The translations under genes were made by a program, and so were the position numbers. The notes beneath the pieces were generated by a model. It saw only the letters and a program-made list of their open reading frames with translations, made no database searches and was not told the origin of the DNA. Below are positions 63,420 through 64,000 of a stretch of DNA of 64,000 nucleotides, in pieces. How positions within the stretch are numbered: position 1 is the stretch's first letter; each line of letters starts with the position of its first letter. Origin of the DNA: Octopus sinensis (taxonomy: Eukaryota); NCBI RefSeq assembly GCF_006345805.1, contig NC_043007.1, positions 17,670,001 to 17,734,000 on the forward strand, read 5' to 3'.

Positions 63420-63808
63420 CTCTTTTACTCTTTTGATTGTTTCAGTCATTTGACTGTGACCATGCTGGAGCACCGCCTTTAGTCGAGCAAATCGACCCCA
63501 GAGCTTATTTTTTGTAAGCCTAGTACTTATTCTATTGTTCTCTTTTGCCAAACCGCCAAGTTACGGGGACGTAAACACACCAGCATCGGTTGTCAAGCGA
63601 TGAGGGGGGGGGCAAACACAGACACACATGCACACACATGCATATATACGATGGGCTTCTTTCAGTTTCCGTCTACCAAATCCACTCACAAAGCTTTGGT
63701 CGGCCCAAGGCTATAGTAGATGACACTTGCCTAAGGTGTCACGTAGTGGGACTGAACCCAGAACCATGTGGTTGGTAAGCATGCTACTTACCACACAGCC
63801 ACTCCTGC
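63420..63808 (-). mobile_element. SINE family 2, full length
   Basis: Collinear with 6612-7020. Confidence 0.85.
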
Positions 63809-64000
63809 ATCTTTAACTTTTAGTTAACAATAGGATCTATGTTGATTTTAGTACAATCACCAATGGCTCCAATGTACAGATTTCAATTGAGACTTAACAT
63901 GAGTTTATATGAAATTTGTTGACCACATAAACAAATACTTGAATGCACAGTAGTTTTATGCTCTATAATGTACTCACAGTTTGACATACTTTATAGATGA

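Overview
This is AT-rich, microsatellite- and SINE-dense eukaryotic DNA, most likely a coleoid cephalopod (Octopus-like). The organism call is an inference from my recollection of these repeat families. Almost the whole window is intronic sequence of one + strand gene, a WD40-repeat protein of the WDR62/MAPKBP1 family. Four GT-AG coding exons splice in frame (18190-18310, 40924-41016, 47748-47864, 50077-50172). None of them appears in its true frame in the supplied ORF track. A 21-nt frame-preserving candidate microexon follows at 52191-52211. I could not find the flanking exons, so the gene extends past both window edges. The rest is a ~3.6 kb 34-bp minisatellite, several tRNA-derived SINE families, 3' fragments of RTE and CR1 LINEs, a decayed mariner, two TTAA-flanked piggyBac-type MITE families, two non-autonomous Helitrons and a GG-terminated TIR element. 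There is no prokaryotic-type system and no CRISPR array. The best leads are the microexon with Rbfox/QKI-type motifs, a tRNA-headed SINE carrying a degenerate hammerhead-ribozyme-like fold, a MITE carrying the same LINE cargo in two copies, a head-to-tail SINE trimer, and an ordered stem-loop array inside one SINE family. Repeat boundaries were read by eye and are approximate unless a TSD or TIR is quoted.
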